From the human T2T-CHM13v2.0 reference genome, Homo sapiens, in NCBI RefSeq assembly GCF_009914755.1, contig NC_060938.1: a stretch of 64,000 bases of DNA; one strand, 5' to 3'. A program made the position numbers and the translations under genes. Shown in pieces: positions 1-25,590 of the stretch (positions are counted from its first letter, which is position 1; the number at the start of each line of letters is the position of its first letter). The notes beneath the pieces are model-generated. The model did not search any database. It was given only the letters and a program-made list of their open reading frames with translations, and had not been told where the DNA came from.

Positions 1-165
1 GTTTAGTCTCTTACAGGCTCGTTTTGTTTTATCTGTACATTAAGTTCATAGCTATTTTGTGTTACATTACAATAGTCTCAGGATCTTTATATTAAGAAAT
101 ATTTAAGACAAATAGACTGAATTTTAGACACTTATAACCATAGATTAATGAGGAAAGGATGGCTA

Positions 166-613
166 TGTTGCAGGGCAAAAGAGTGAGGGTCGTGATCAAC
201 TCAGTATACCACTGGAGGCTATATGAGTAAACAGCAAACTGTTCGCATAAACGCAGAAAATTGGCAAACTGACAAACTGTGTCTGCCACCCAGAAGGAAT
301 GCTGAGGGCAGTCAGGCCTCAGGTGCAGGTGTTTCTTGTGATTAGACACATCTGAAGCCTGTTAGCAGTAATGTGAACCTGTGATCAATTAAGCAGCTGA
401 CCAATTGTTACCTCGTCCTCCCTGCTCTTTCTACCCAATAAATATGAAGGGCTGTAGAAGCTGAAGGCGGCTCCCTTTGCTCACTAGAAGCAGGGAGCTC
501 TCTTCTTCTTCTCCTGACCCCTTCCTTTAAAATAGTTACTTTTGTTTTAAGTTTTCATTTCTGCATTCGTCCTCCTTCGTTCAGTCTCGTAGTAACCGTG
601 GCAAACTGCAGCA
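166..613 (+). mobile_element. Solo LTR, probably ERVK/HML class (family not assigned), in the CPSF2 intron
   Basis: TG...CA termini (TGTTGCAG / CTGCAGCA, 7/8 inverted match), exact 6-bp TSD TGGCTA at 160-165 and 614-619, internal AATAAATA at 437-444, 448 bp long. 6-bp TSDs are typical of betaretrovirus-like ERVK. Confidence 0.8.
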
Positions 614-1057
614 TGGCTATTTGAGTAAATGGTATTGAAGGATTCAACCATTTTGGAAAAAAATCAATTTGTGTCCTTTTAATTATATAACAAAAGAAAT
701 TTCAGATGGATTAGAACTAAATAGAAATGAAGCAATATTGGTGAGTCTGATCTCTGATTTGGAAAAGACTTTGTAAGCATAAAAATAATGAACCAAGTTA
801 CAAAGGAAAAGTTTGATAGATTTGATGACATACAGGTTCAAATGTCTGAAACAACAAATAAAAAAAAAAATCAAAGTAGGAAAATATTTGCAGCAAGTTG
901 CCCAAAAACTTACAACATATATATAAGATCAAGTATTAATTTATTAATAAAAATATACCAGTTGCAAGATGGACAAAAGTTATAAAGTCAAAAGAGAAAA
1001 TTTAAATGATCTTTTTTTGTTAGATACCATTAAAATTATTATTATTCTTATTTATAT

Positions 1058-1347
1058 TTTTATGTATTTTTTTGAAACAGAGTCTCACTCTGTCACCGAG
1101 GCTGGAGGCACAATCACGGCTCACTGTAGTGTCGACCTCCCAGCTTCAAGCAATCTTCCCATTTTAGCCTCCCAAGTAGCTAGGACTACAGGTGCGCTCT
1201 AACATGCCTGGCTATTTTTGTAATTTTAGTAGAGATGAGGTTTTGCCATGCTGCCCAGGCTGGTCTTGAACTACTGGGCTCCAGTGATCTGCCCACCTCT
1301 GTCTCCCAAAGTGTTGGGATTACAGGCATGAGCCACTGCACTAGTCC
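1058..1347 (-). mobile_element. Alu (AluJ-like)
   Basis: Antisense Alu dimer ending CCCAAAGTGTTGGGATTACAGGCATGAGCCAC. Confidence 0.9.
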
Positions 1348-2041
1348 AAAATTATTTTTAAATGGTGATTTTCTTCTGGGAAGTATGTAGAATTGGTCAG
1401 TCTTTTTGATTGAACTTTTCTGGATGAGGTTAAATCTTGCTGGAAAGCCTTTTAGCAGTACTATGTATTAACAGTAAATACATTTTTAGGAATGTGACCT
1501 AAAGAAACAATCAGAAATGCAATTGAAGCTTTTGTAAAAAATGTTCTTTGGAAGATTATAATGGCAAAAATAAGTGACCGAAATATCAGTAAAGGGAAAG
1601 GATCAAATACAGTGTAGACACAATAAAATGTTTTTATAACTGTTAAACATTTAGTTTAGAAAAAAATTTTTATGTCCTGGGTAAAAACCAGGATATAGAA
1701 CTGAGCGTATAGGAATGTATATGGGATATCAGCTTTGTAAAATACATATGTATATCAGTACTTACCATAAGACAGGGCAAAAAGAAAAATAAAAAAAATA
1801 CATATGTGCATAGAAAAACTTATATGGTTAGCAGGATGTACACCAAAATATTATGTCAGTTATCTCTGAGTAATGGTACTCTGGAAGATTTTTATTTTCT
1901 TCTTTATACTTTTTTGAAGTTACTGGATTTCTTATCAATGAGCATGTCTACTTTTATAGTTAGAGGAGGGAACACCTTATAAATGAAGCTGCTTATTTTT
2001 TAAGTAAGAGAAGCTATTATTGTTTACTTGAAATGATATAA

Positions 2042-2242
<201 letters not shown>

Positions 2243-2275
2243 TAGGGAATATAAGTACATAAAAGTACAGGTTTC

Positions 2276-4802
<2,527 letters not shown>

Positions 4803-4951
4803 TTAGTTTTGCTAGAGTTCAGTTTTACCACATATTTCCAAGGGGACTTTCATCTAGAGGAAGGAAATCCATAAAGATATACTTGTTGGAAGGGAATATG
4901 ATCTATATTTTATTCTATAGGCATACATACATACAAACTATGTATCATACA

Positions 4952-5558
4952 TAGTTGGCCTTTGTAGCTGCTGTTCCACATCTGAGGATTCAACTAACTG
5001 TGGATTGAAAATATTTGAAAAAACAATAAAAGAAGATAATGCAATAGTTTAAAAAATATAAGTAAAAAAAAACAGTGTAACAACCATTTACATAGCATGT
5101 ACACTGTATTAGGTATTATAAGCAATCTAGAGATGATTTAAAGTATATAGGAGGATGTACGTAGGTTATATGCAGATATATTGTTTTTTTGAGGCAAAGT
5201 CTTTCTCTGTTGTACATGCTGGAGTGTAGTGGCACAATCACGACTCTCTGCAGCCTCAAACTCCTGGGCTCAAGCAGTCTCCCTCTAGCTTCCCACATAG
5301 CTAAGACCACAGGCATGTGCCACCATGCCCGGCTAATTTGTTTATTTTTATAGAGACGGGATCTCCCTATGTTGTCCAGGCTGGTCTTGAACTCCTGGAC
5401 TCAAGCCATCCTCTTGCCTTGACTTCCCAAACTGCTGGGATTACAGGTGTGAGCCATTGCGCCTGGCCACCATTTTATTTGAGGGACCTGGGCATCTGAT
5501 GGTTTTGGTATTCGTGGGAGTCCCGGGGCCAGTACCCATGGGTACTGAGGGATGGCTG
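4952..5558 (-). mobile_element. MER2-like TcMar-Tigger DNA transposon interrupted by an antisense Alu (5184-5468)
   Basis: GTATTAGGTATTATAAGCAATCTAGAGATGATTTAAAGTATA and terminal GAGGGATGGCTG|TA resemble the recalled MER2 consensus. Confidence 0.8.
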
Positions 5559-5949
5559 TATATATAATTATGTGAGTGTATATATGTATGTATATAAATT
5601 TGGGAATTCATCATAACGGAGTTCACTGGGGTGGATAGGCGAGACCAGGGTAGCCCGGAAACACCAGGCTGGTTACATTTGGCCTGGTCATACAATTTTC
5701 TCAGTGATACACACACCATTTTCTATGTGTATTATGATGTATAAAGTGTTGAGGACTACTGATTTATAATTTTTTAATGAAGAAAGATTGAGAGTTAATG
5801 ACACTGAATATATGAAGAGATATTCAACAGAATCAAAAGCAGTTGTAATGACCTGAACAAAATTCCTTCATTTTGTACTTGGCCTAGTAGTTGCTTATTT
5901 GTAAATTATAGTCTTTCTAATAAAAACAGGGAGATAAAATTATCTTTAA

Positions 5950-6288
<339 letters not shown>

Positions 6289-6844
6289 TGAAGAGATTGT
6301 TAATAAGATGATAACTTGGCATTAACCATTTACTGTCCTGTGTGCTTTAAATGTATTATTTAATTTAATCCCTATTTATTCTATTAAGTAGTTTCCATTG
6401 TGTCCCTGTTTTAAAGATTAGGCAAATTGCTTCCCTTCTAACTCTTAGTATCCCAGTCTGTAAAATGGGGACAAAAATAGAACCTACCTCATAGCATTGG
6501 CATGTTAGAATTCATTGTTCTTTCTTTTAAATAAGCTTTTTGCCTTGAAATAGCAATCTTTGGGAGTAAGATTTTCATTTAGAACATATACCTTGCCTTT
6601 TCAAAAAGATTTAAGGTGATTTATATGTGAAATATAATGCAAAATTGGTTTTCTTTGGGATGAAAGTGAGGGTGGGATAATCTAATGGGAAATGGAAGCA
6701 GAAAATAAGCTGCTTGTCAAAACAGTACAAATTTAAGCAACCAGTGGGGGTAAAAGATAGAACTTGAATTCCTTGACTATTAGAGAATATATTGAAGTTA
6801 TAATATAGTATTTCTAATTCTTGTCATCTTCCCCCCCATGTTAG

Positions 6845-7150
<306 letters not shown>

Positions 7151-7262
7151 TGAACTTTATCTTAAAACTGTTTGGGGGATACATTGTGCATGATGTAAAA
7201 AAATAGTGACCAAAAATAAAACTTGAAATTGTTTTAGGATTTTTATCAGAATTACTCTTGAG

Positions 7263-7395
7263 AGCCAGGAGTGGTGGTGTGTGCTGTAGTGCCAGCTACT
7301 CGGGAGGCTGAGGCGGAAGGACCACTCGAGCCCAGGAATTTGAGGTCAGCCTGGGCAACATGCCAAGACCCACCCCCCATCTCTTAAAAAAAAAC
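7263..7395 (+). mobile_element. FLAM_A-like Alu monomer
   Basis: 7SL-like 5' end (TGTAGTGCCAGCTACTCGGGAGG) joined to a left-arm 3' end and A tail. Confidence 0.75.
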
Positions 7396-7491
7396 TACTG
7401 TGGAAGAGAGCCTTTAATAGCACAAATTTCAGAGTTCCTTAACTGGAGGTTCTCATTCTTCTTTGAGATGGGGTCTTGCTTTGTTACCTAG

Positions 7492-7689
<198 letters not shown>

Positions 7690-9719
7690 TAAACTTTTCC
7701 GTGGTACCCTCTAGTTTACCCAGAGGGTAAGCATATACAGGGTTTTCTCAATCTGTGAAAGGTTCCTTTCCTGTCTCTTGCTTAATTTAAATCAGACTCT
7801 TTCCTAAAGACGTTCTTTATCCTGTAGCCCCCTGAAGTAATTACTCTTTCTTTCAGTGTTTCATGTACTTTGAATGGAGTACACGTCTTCCTTGTTCTGT
7901 ATTGCAGCTTCCTAGCTACTTATCTTCCATTTGCAGTTTTTGCCTTCAGACCTGCTGATATGCTGACCCCTCCTTGTTTCTGACATTTAATGATCTCTTG
8001 GTCATTCTGTTACTCATTCATCATTTGACCCTGATTCACAGTCTTCCTGTCCACTTGTGTTCAGGACTTTATTCTCATTGACTTTAGCATCCATGTGTAA
8101 GATCTGTCTGGTTCTTCTCAGTTACTTGGCACCTTATTTCTTAATCTTTTCCTTCGTCTTACCTCAGACATCCATTCCTGCTATCATGCTATCTGCTCCT
8201 GTGGTCATTGCCTGTAACCTTCTTATGGCTGAACGGTCTCCAGTTCTCCACCTCAAGCATATCATTCTGAATTTACAGCTGACTTTCCCTATTATTCCCA
8301 TGACAACAACTCTTCTGTTCCATTGGGACTTTCAGTTCGTGAACCTCACCTTTTACAGTCTGTCATCCTTCCAGCCTTAAACTCAGTGGTCCACAATTAA
8401 GCAAAATTTTGCAAATACATTTAACTCTCCTACACTTCTGTTTTAGTTGCCTGGAAAGGCTTTGACCTTAGTTAAACCATTTGCTTGGTTTGTGCCTGTA
8501 CTTAAGCAGCTTTATGTTTCTGAAGTTAAACATTATGGTGTAGACAGATTTGTTTTCACATTCATAACTTCACATCTCAAAAGGGGACCCCATACCAGTA
8601 CTCAGCATTTGGTAGGATGTTCCCTTTCTCACGGTAAGGTAATTGTATATCTTCTTTCTCCTCAAACATCCTACAGCTCACTCTCAGCCTTCATTCATAG
8701 CACATGATCTTGTCTCAAACTTAATGTAGAAGTCAAAGCAGTGAGTCAGGAATTCCTTTATCTTTCCACCACTAAATGTACTAACTTGATTCTGCATCTG
8801 CATTTGCTGCCTTATCTCTTGTTATAGGAACAAGACTATTAGCTCACTAACCAGTATACCCAAAGATCATTTGCTTAATAACCAGCCCATCAAATCTATC
8901 GATTTTTCAAAATTAGTATATCATTAAAGTTTGTAGCAATTGATATAGTGGGATGGTTAATAACTGCCAGAGTTGTACAAAGGTTTAGCTGACTAAACCT
9001 TAACATAGAACTGTAACAAACCTTAACATAAAGCAGTATCATAAAGCTGCTTCTCATTTTGTCTTTGTAGCACTCATATAATTATTTAATTAGAGACAGA
9101 CTCTCACTCTGTCACCCAGCCTGGAGTGCAGTGGCACCATCATAGCTCACTGTACCCTCAAACTCTTAGGCTCAAGCTGTCCCTACTCCACCCCCTAACC
9201 CACTCCACCTTCCAAAGTGCTGGGATTATACATGAACCACTGCACCTGGCCCTTAGCAGTCATTTTAAGGAAAGTTTAGTTTGTTAAAAGCTATGTGGTA
9301 GAGATATCTGTCTGCCAACTCTACTTAAGAAAATCATAACATCAGTAACTAAAATCTGAGATATATGTACTATAATTATAGAATTGTTGAGCAAGGATTC
9401 TGAGCAAGTATAGCAAAGTAAAATGGTGTCTTTGGGGTTATTTAGTAGCTCAGAAATACAAGGTTAAAAGAACTAAGAAATACTTGAAACAATTTGATCA
9501 GATAGGAAATACTGAATTTGAAAATTTTAATTACTAGAAATTCAATTAGGTCTAATAAACCATTTGAGGAATTAGTAAAAGAAAAATGGTTTAAGTTTGG
9601 AAAAAAATAGACAATGATGTTTAGAAGCATGCTAAAGAAATGAGAAACAGCCAAAACATCAAATGTTAAGTTTTTGACCTTTTTAATAACTAATGCTGAT
9701 GCTCAGGGACCTTTTCTTG

Positions 9720-11050
<1,331 letters not shown>

Positions 11051-12870
11051 ATCAAAAAAGTGAATATGGAATAAACTAGATTTCTGATTATGTTAGATAA
11101 GAAAAGTTTACCAAGTATGGTATTTTTTCATCTATATCTAATGCCCTTCTAAGTCAAGTCTTACTCATTTAGAAAAAGCAAAAATGAACAACGAAGGATT
11201 AATAGGTTGGAGTAGATTTGGATTAGAAAAAGGAGTAAGTTGGAGGTAATACGGTGAAGGAGTAGGAAGAAAAATATTTTTGAGTTGGTTATTCTAGAAA
11301 TCTGTTTCTGAATAAGCCATTAATCTTACATATTTTAAATGAAAAATAAGATGGAGATAAAAATTTATTATAGCAACAGGCATAAACTAAATCACAGAGG
11401 TAAATACTTTGTTAAAGATTATTGGTGGGTAAAAGGCATCTATGTAGGTTGCTAACTGTTTTTAAAAAAAACCCACTATTTTCTGAATGAAACTTATTTT
11501 CAAATAAGTTATTAGGCAAATGTGAGATGCCAAATATAAACATGTATTTATTTGTTTATTTTAACTTTTTATTTTTTGAGACAGGGTCATGTCATTCCCT
11601 GTCACCCAGGCTGGAGTGCAGTTGCATGATCATAGCTCACTGCAGTCTTGAACTCTTGGGCTCAAGCGCGCCTCCTGCTTAAGCCTCCCAATTAGTTCGC
11701 ACTGCAGGCATGTGCCGCCATGCCCAGCTAATTTAAAAAAAATTTTATAGAGATGGGAACTTGCTGTGTTGCCCAAGCTGGTCTTGAACTACTGGCCTCA
11801 AACAATTCTCCCACCTTGGCCTCCCAAAGTGTGGGTATTATAGGTGTGAGCCACTGCTCCTGGCCTTAAACATGTAAATCACCCATTTATTTTATACATG
11901 AAAATAATCTGATTTTGGTTTAATTTTTTTGTTTTTACTTGTCTCCCCTCCCCTTACCCCACTGGGCAGCCCCTGAACTAGAATAGTTTCAGAGAGATTC
12001 CCCCTTTTCCATTACTTTTAATTTTGAAAAAATTTCAAACAGGAAAGTTACAAAAATATTATACCCAGATTCCCCAATTGTCAACATTTTACTGGATTTG
12101 CTTTATCACTTATATACACATAAACACAATATTACTTTTTCTGAACCATTTGAAGAAAAATTGCAAATATTTTATCATTATCTCTAAATATTGCCAGTGT
12201 GTGTTACCTAAAAACAAGGGCAATCTCCAGCAAAACTGTGTTACATCCATTGAAATCAGGAAATCAACATTGATACCATCCTACCATTTCACCCATTGAC
12301 CCCATTCAGCATTCACCTTTTACCGATGACCACAATGTCCTTTATAATTACCCTTTCCTTTTTTGTCCAGGTTCGCATCCATGACTACATACTGCATTTA
12401 ATTGTCATAACTGTTGACATTTTTGAAGCATATATATTCTGGGTTTTTTTTTTCTTATTGATATACTAATACCTGGTTTTTATTTTATTTTTTTAAAGAG
12501 ATGGGAGCAAGGTGTGGTGGCATGTGGCTGTAGTCCCAGCTATTGAGGCAAGAGGATTGCTTGAGCCTAGGAGTTTAAGGCAAGCCTGGGCGATATAGCA
12601 AGGCCTCTTCTCAAAAAAAAAAAAAAAAGAAAGAAATGTATATATATATATGTAGAGAGAGAGAGATGGGACCAAATTATCATGTATTCCACATACCCTG
12701 AGACTTGTATTTTCACTTGAGTCCTTCTTGAACAATGTAAGAAGATATGGGTCTACCTTACATAGTACCTGGTATATTACAAACATTTAAATGTTTTTGG
12801 ATAAATAAATGTAAGCTTTTTAGTAATTTTATAATAGTACATTGTATATGTGTGCTGTGATTATTTAATC

Positions 12871-16749
<3,879 letters not shown>

Positions 16750-17429
16750 ATTTAATCATTCCATTTTGATGGATTTTAAAATTTTGTCCAGTTTTTTACT
16801 ACTATAAGCATTGCTGCAATGTACGAATGTACTTTTTTTTTACACATTTGTGATTGTTTCAGTAGGATAAATTCCTAGAAGTAGAAATACTGTGTCAAAT
16901 GTCAAATTTTATTTTTAGATGTTAGCAAATTGCCTTTTAACATAGTTGCACTAATTTTCCAACAGATAATGGAAGAAGGTACTCTTTCCCCATGTATGGC
17001 ATTGCCAATCTCATAGATGAAAACAATTATGTTTTTTATATTTTGTGCTTTTCAAAAATTAGTAAAATTAAGGATCTTTTCATGGCCAGTAGTTATTTGT
17101 CTTTCTTATTTTGTAAATTGCCTTTTTAAGTATCTTGTGCTTTTTCATGTGTTGATCATCCTTTTCTTAACTAATTTGGAAGAGCTCTTAGGAAAAAATC
17201 ATTTTTATTGGTCGTAGTGCTGAAAATATTTTTCTGTTTCTTTTTTGTTTTTCTTTTCAGTTTCTTATTTTGAGATTTAAAATGTCAAAGGGAGTTTTTC
17301 TTTATTCATGTTGCTGTATTTATTTATGTTTCCCATTATGGCTTTTGGGCCTCACCTACTCCAAATTATAAAAATGCTTATCTGTATTTTCTTTTCCTGA
17401 TTGGTGATTTTTAACCAGTTTGATTGTTT

Positions 17430-17965
17430 GGTTGATTGAGACAGGGTCTTGCTCTGTCAGACTGAAGTGATCCTCAGTCTCAGACTCAAGTGATACTCAG
17501 TCTCTGAGTAGCTGGGACTACAGGTGCATGCTACCACTACTGGCTTTTTTTTTTTTTTTTTCTGAGACAGAGTATCGCTTTGTCACCCAGGCTGGAGTAC
17601 AGTGGTGTGAGCACAGCTCACTGCAGCCTTGACCTCCCAGGCTCAAGTGATCTTCCACTTTAACCACCTGAGTAGCGGGGACAACAGGCACATGCCACCA
17701 CTCCTGGCTTTTTTTTTTTTTTTTTTTTATGTGGAGACAAAGTCTCATTATGTTGCCCAGGCTAGTCTCAAACTCAAGTGATTTTCCTGCCTTGCAAAGT
17801 GCTAGGATTATAGGTGTGAGCCACCGTGCCCAGCCTCCCAGCTAATTTTTAAATTATTCCTAGAGACAGAGTCAACCTATGTTGCCCAGGCTGGTCTTGA
17901 ACTCCTGGCCTCAAGCAGTCCTCCCACAGTGCTAGGATTATAGGTGTGAGCTACTGTGCCTGGCC
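17430..17965 (-). mobile_element. Nested antisense AluJ-like elements
   Basis: Alu arms with an inner Alu starting at the poly(T) near 17545. Confidence 0.8.
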
Positions 17966-18199
17966 AACCAGTTTGATTTAAATTAAACCCATTCTAGATG
18001 ATGTGTGACAGCTCAATTTTAATACTAATCTAAATAGGACCTATAATTGTATGTAATGGAAACTTGATTAATTTCAGAGGAAACAATCAGTTTAAAGATG
18101 ATAGAGCAATTTAGAGATGTGATGTATCTCATATCCCACTGCTTTAACCCCCTAATATTAACATATTAACATTTCCTTTTGTCTTTTATTTTTTTTTAG

Positions 18200-18301
<102 letters not shown>

Positions 18302-18526
18302 TGAGTCATTTTCAGACAGATTATAAATTTATGGATGCAATTTGAGAAGAATGTGTCCTTGACTTAAATGTTTCATTGAAAATATTTTTAAATTTTCGTA
18401 AGACTTAATTTTGTTACAGACATCTTTCAAATGTCTAGAATACCAGATCCTGTCAGTGCTAATATTATTATGCATTTATTTGTTATGTTTTATAAAATGT
18501 CAGTCCAATAAAGTTGAATGTTATTC

Positions 18527-18843
18527 CAGTCATGCATCACTTAATGATGGGGACAGTTCTGAGAAAAGTGTCGTTAGGGGATTTAGTCATTGTGCAAACA
18601 TTAGGATATATGTTTACACAAACCTTGATGGTATAGCCTACTGTGTATCCAGAGTATATGATATGGCCCATTGTTCCTAGGCTACAAACCTGTACAGCAT
18701 GTTACTGTACTGAATACTGTAGGCCATTGTAACACAATGTTAAGTATTTGTGTATCTAAATGTATCTAAACATAGAAAAGGTACAGTAATCTTATGGGAC
18801 CTCTGTTGTATATGTGGTCTATTGTTGTTGACCGACATAACTG
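18527..18843 (+). mobile_element. Tigger3a-like DNA transposon
   Basis: CAGTCATGCATCACTTAATGATGGGGACAGTTCTGAGAAA start, CCTAGGCTACAAACCTGTACAGCATGTTACTGTACTGAATACTGTAGG core, ACTG|TA end. Confidence 0.8.
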
Positions 18844-18953
18844 TATATTATCATTTAATATTGAATTAATAATATTGAGTATGGATTCAGTAATAAATTG
18901 ATAAATATTAATTTAAAATATCTTTGAAACTTTATGACCTTGATCTATTCTAA

Positions 18954-19235
<282 letters not shown>

Positions 19236-19424
19236 TGAATTTGATCTTTCACTTGATCTTTCTAGTCACATGTATGGGGTTAGCTTCTGAGTACCTCAGC
19301 CTGAAGACACAGAAGACTTGTAACTTGAAACATAAAAATAGAGATGCTGAGAAACATCTAGAGAATATTGAGAGAAAACTGGCAGTTTATGACTTAGTTG
19401 TGTAAAGGTTTAAAAACATGATCA

Positions 19425-20135
<711 letters not shown>

Positions 20136-20212
20136 ACCAAAAAACGCAATACATACAGCCATCTGGTAATTGATAAGAAATTGCATCAGCTTTGGATGAA
20201 ATGTATATTTAA

Positions 20213-20473
<261 letters not shown>

Positions 20474-21071
20474 TAAGTGCTTTTGTGACATTTTGAAAAT
20501 AGATTATAAGATAAAATTTCAAGCATTTGAATTATATAATTTACATTATGTCAAGCAAAATTTCTGAATATTCTTTAGTAAGTTTGTGCTTTTAAAATTT
20601 AATTTATTTTTGTATGAAGAGACTTGTGAAGTATGGTGGCATGATATTTTCTCTTCATTAATGGTATTTGAATGCCAAAGTAATTGAATTGGTGGTGGTG
20701 GGGGGTGCTTAAATTGTAACATTAAATTGTACATTTATATGAAGAAAAATTATTTTTGGCCTTTTTATTCTGTAAGCAGGTGAAAGGGAATAATGTGACT
20801 CACAGTTTAATTTTTCTGAGTAACTGCTTGTTTCATAAAATATACTCCTTAACTTAAACATCTCTAAGACCCTAATGTCTGGAAAATACTGTTGTGATCT
20901 GAAGTAGTTAGAAACCTTTTTTCTCCCGCTTTCTACTTAGTTAAATAATACCAGTAAGTGATCATTTTGGAATTTCTTTTAAGTCATCAGAGAACAAAGT
21001 TTTTTATTTGTCCAGTAATATCATTTAGTATATATTTTTGGGTGTAGATAAAATCTAAATAATACAGATAG

Positions 21072-21757
<686 letters not shown>

Positions 21758-22450
21758 TAGAAATAAGTACTTTTTGTTGCAGGTTAGGACAGATAACATT
21801 AGAAATACCGAGATGTGTGAGACAGACATGGATGGTCTCCTGCCCTAGCAGACCTCATAGGGTATGGGGCTTAGAACAAGGAAATACCATTTATCATGTT
21901 GTTGTGCCACTGAGAGAAGAAGTACAGGATGCTATGAGAGTATCAAGAGGGGAAACCACCCACATTTAGAGGTTTAGAAAAGGTTTCCTACAGGAAGTGA
22001 TAACTAATCCTAACTGATGTTTAGATGGGTTGTCAGGACAGACAGAGTAGGAAAGGGGGGGAAGAGCGTTCTAGGCAGAGGGAACCATATTTGCAAAAGT
22101 ACAGAGGTGAGGAAAATGATTAAGAATTCAAAAGTTTTAGAAGAATTCCCGGATATCAAGGTTCTACTCCTAATTGGAACAAATGGAGATGGATACCAAA
22201 TATAGGACTAGCACAGTAGAGAGATAAATTTTGTCTGGTAATGGGAGATGGTGTCAGTTTAAGGCCAGAGTGATGTCTATATCTGGAAGAAATGGATGTG
22301 CACATACCAGGCAGGAAATTTATTCTGGGCAGAGTAAGAAGAAGCAACCTTCCAAGAATATGGAGATGTGAAATTCTGTGGTATATTCAGGAAAGGACAA
22401 GCAGTTCAGTACCTACTGAAGTATGCCAAGTACTAGAGGATGGGAGTGAT

Positions 22451-22640
22451 CAGTGGTTCTCAACCTTGACTGCACATAAGAATCATCTGGGGAGCTTCGT
22501 GAGGGTCAGAGGGACTCAGTTTTTCTGGTCTTAATCTTACCAGTTATGTTAGAAACACTGGATATGACGCTCTGATATACTTTTTGTTTTAATTGCCATG
22601 TGATTCCATTTTGTAGTCAGGGTTAAGAATCTCTATTTTG
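22451..22640. mobile_element. MER5-like hAT MITE remnant
   Basis: CAGTGGTTCTCAACCTTGACTGCACATAAGAATCATCTGGGGAGC start and a degenerate GGTTAAGAATCTCT end. Confidence 0.6.
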
Positions 22641-22828
22641 GAAAGTAGGCAGGGGCCCAATGATCTGCAGGTAATGAGGTCATTGCAGGTCATTGTGGGA
22701 CTCAGATGAGTGAAAGATTTTCCAATTTTAACATATTACCAGAGGTAGAAAATGATAATAGGTTATATTTAATTTGTTAATATGTATTCTGTGGGTTTTA
22801 TTTCTCTCCCCCTCCTTTGCATGTCTAG

Positions 22829-23161
<333 letters not shown>

Positions 23162-23270
23162 TGAATTTGTCATCCTTCTAGTTTTCATGTCTTTTGGTTT
23201 TTTTCCCCCCTTCTAAAACTAAGTGGGTCTGTGGAACCTTTTATATTTTTAACCATTTAAAATATATGTC

Positions 23271-24148
<878 letters not shown>

Positions 24149-24762
24149 TAACTTTTGGTTTTGATATAGTTAGAAATCTTTAAGTATAGATATAATTTAG
24201 TCTAGCATTTACATATTCTTGAGAGGTATCTAGTTAACTAGCAAGATTCTAGGTAATTAAACTTGGAAAAATATTAAAACTATGAATCCTACATGCATGT
24301 CAAGTGATGTCTTCAGCCCTACTATGAAATTAAGAATAGAGAGACAGCCTCTGTTGTTGGATTCCCTTCTAGTACAACCCTCAAAATTGGGAGGAGGAAT
24401 AAGAATATTTTTTTCTTCTGTGCTAAAGCTAATGCTCTTCAAAGTAATGTCAAAGCAGAAAGCAGCAGCATTAGGCAAGAACCACTTTCGTTACTGATTG
24501 TAGAACCTATGGCATCCATTACATTTGCTCTGAGGAAGGAGGGACAGGGAAAATGGGATTGGGGAGGAAATGTCTTTTGAAGTAAGCAAATGACTGGGAT
24601 CTAGAAAATGAATTTTTGGTTCAGTCCTGCCCATGGCACTCTAGTTGACCCCATTATGCAAGTGGGTGAGTGAAGAGCCTAACATTACCAAACGTCTCTG
24701 TTATGATGAGGCATGACTAACAAAACTGATTGTGAAACAGAAAATGTGAAGGGCTTTGTTAA

Positions 24763-25134
<372 letters not shown>

Positions 25135-25497
25135 TGATGTTTTGTCATTTTGAAATTCTGTAATTCTTGATTGGTATTTTCACAAAACTGAAGATCAGTA
25201 ATTTATATTCATGATCATGACCTCAAAGGCTTACAGAAGTCTTATTGACTTGAAGGCTTATGAAAGACTCTTGAAGAAATGATATATAATTTTATTGTAA
25301 ATTTTAATTATTTGAATCTTCTGACATTTATGTCTATGTAAAATTCATGACTTCAATATTATATCCATATGCTGTGAATCAGAGCAACCCATGTCCTGAC
25401 CAATCATAAAGTAATCTATTTCATATATTTCGGTTATTATGTCTGCATATTAATGAATAGAAAATGTACTAAAGAATTTTTTTTATTTGGTTTCTAG

Positions 25498-25590
<93 letters not shown>

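Noticed and set aside
18507-18512. Intronic AATAAA after exon 10
   Set aside because: Short intron with a strong gtgagt donor ~200 nt upstream and no clear GU-rich element; expected by chance in AT-rich DNA.
24703-24729. ATGATGA...CTGA as a possible intronic C/D snoRNA
   Set aside because: Boxes only 16 nt apart, no terminal stem and no downstream D box at a suitable distance.
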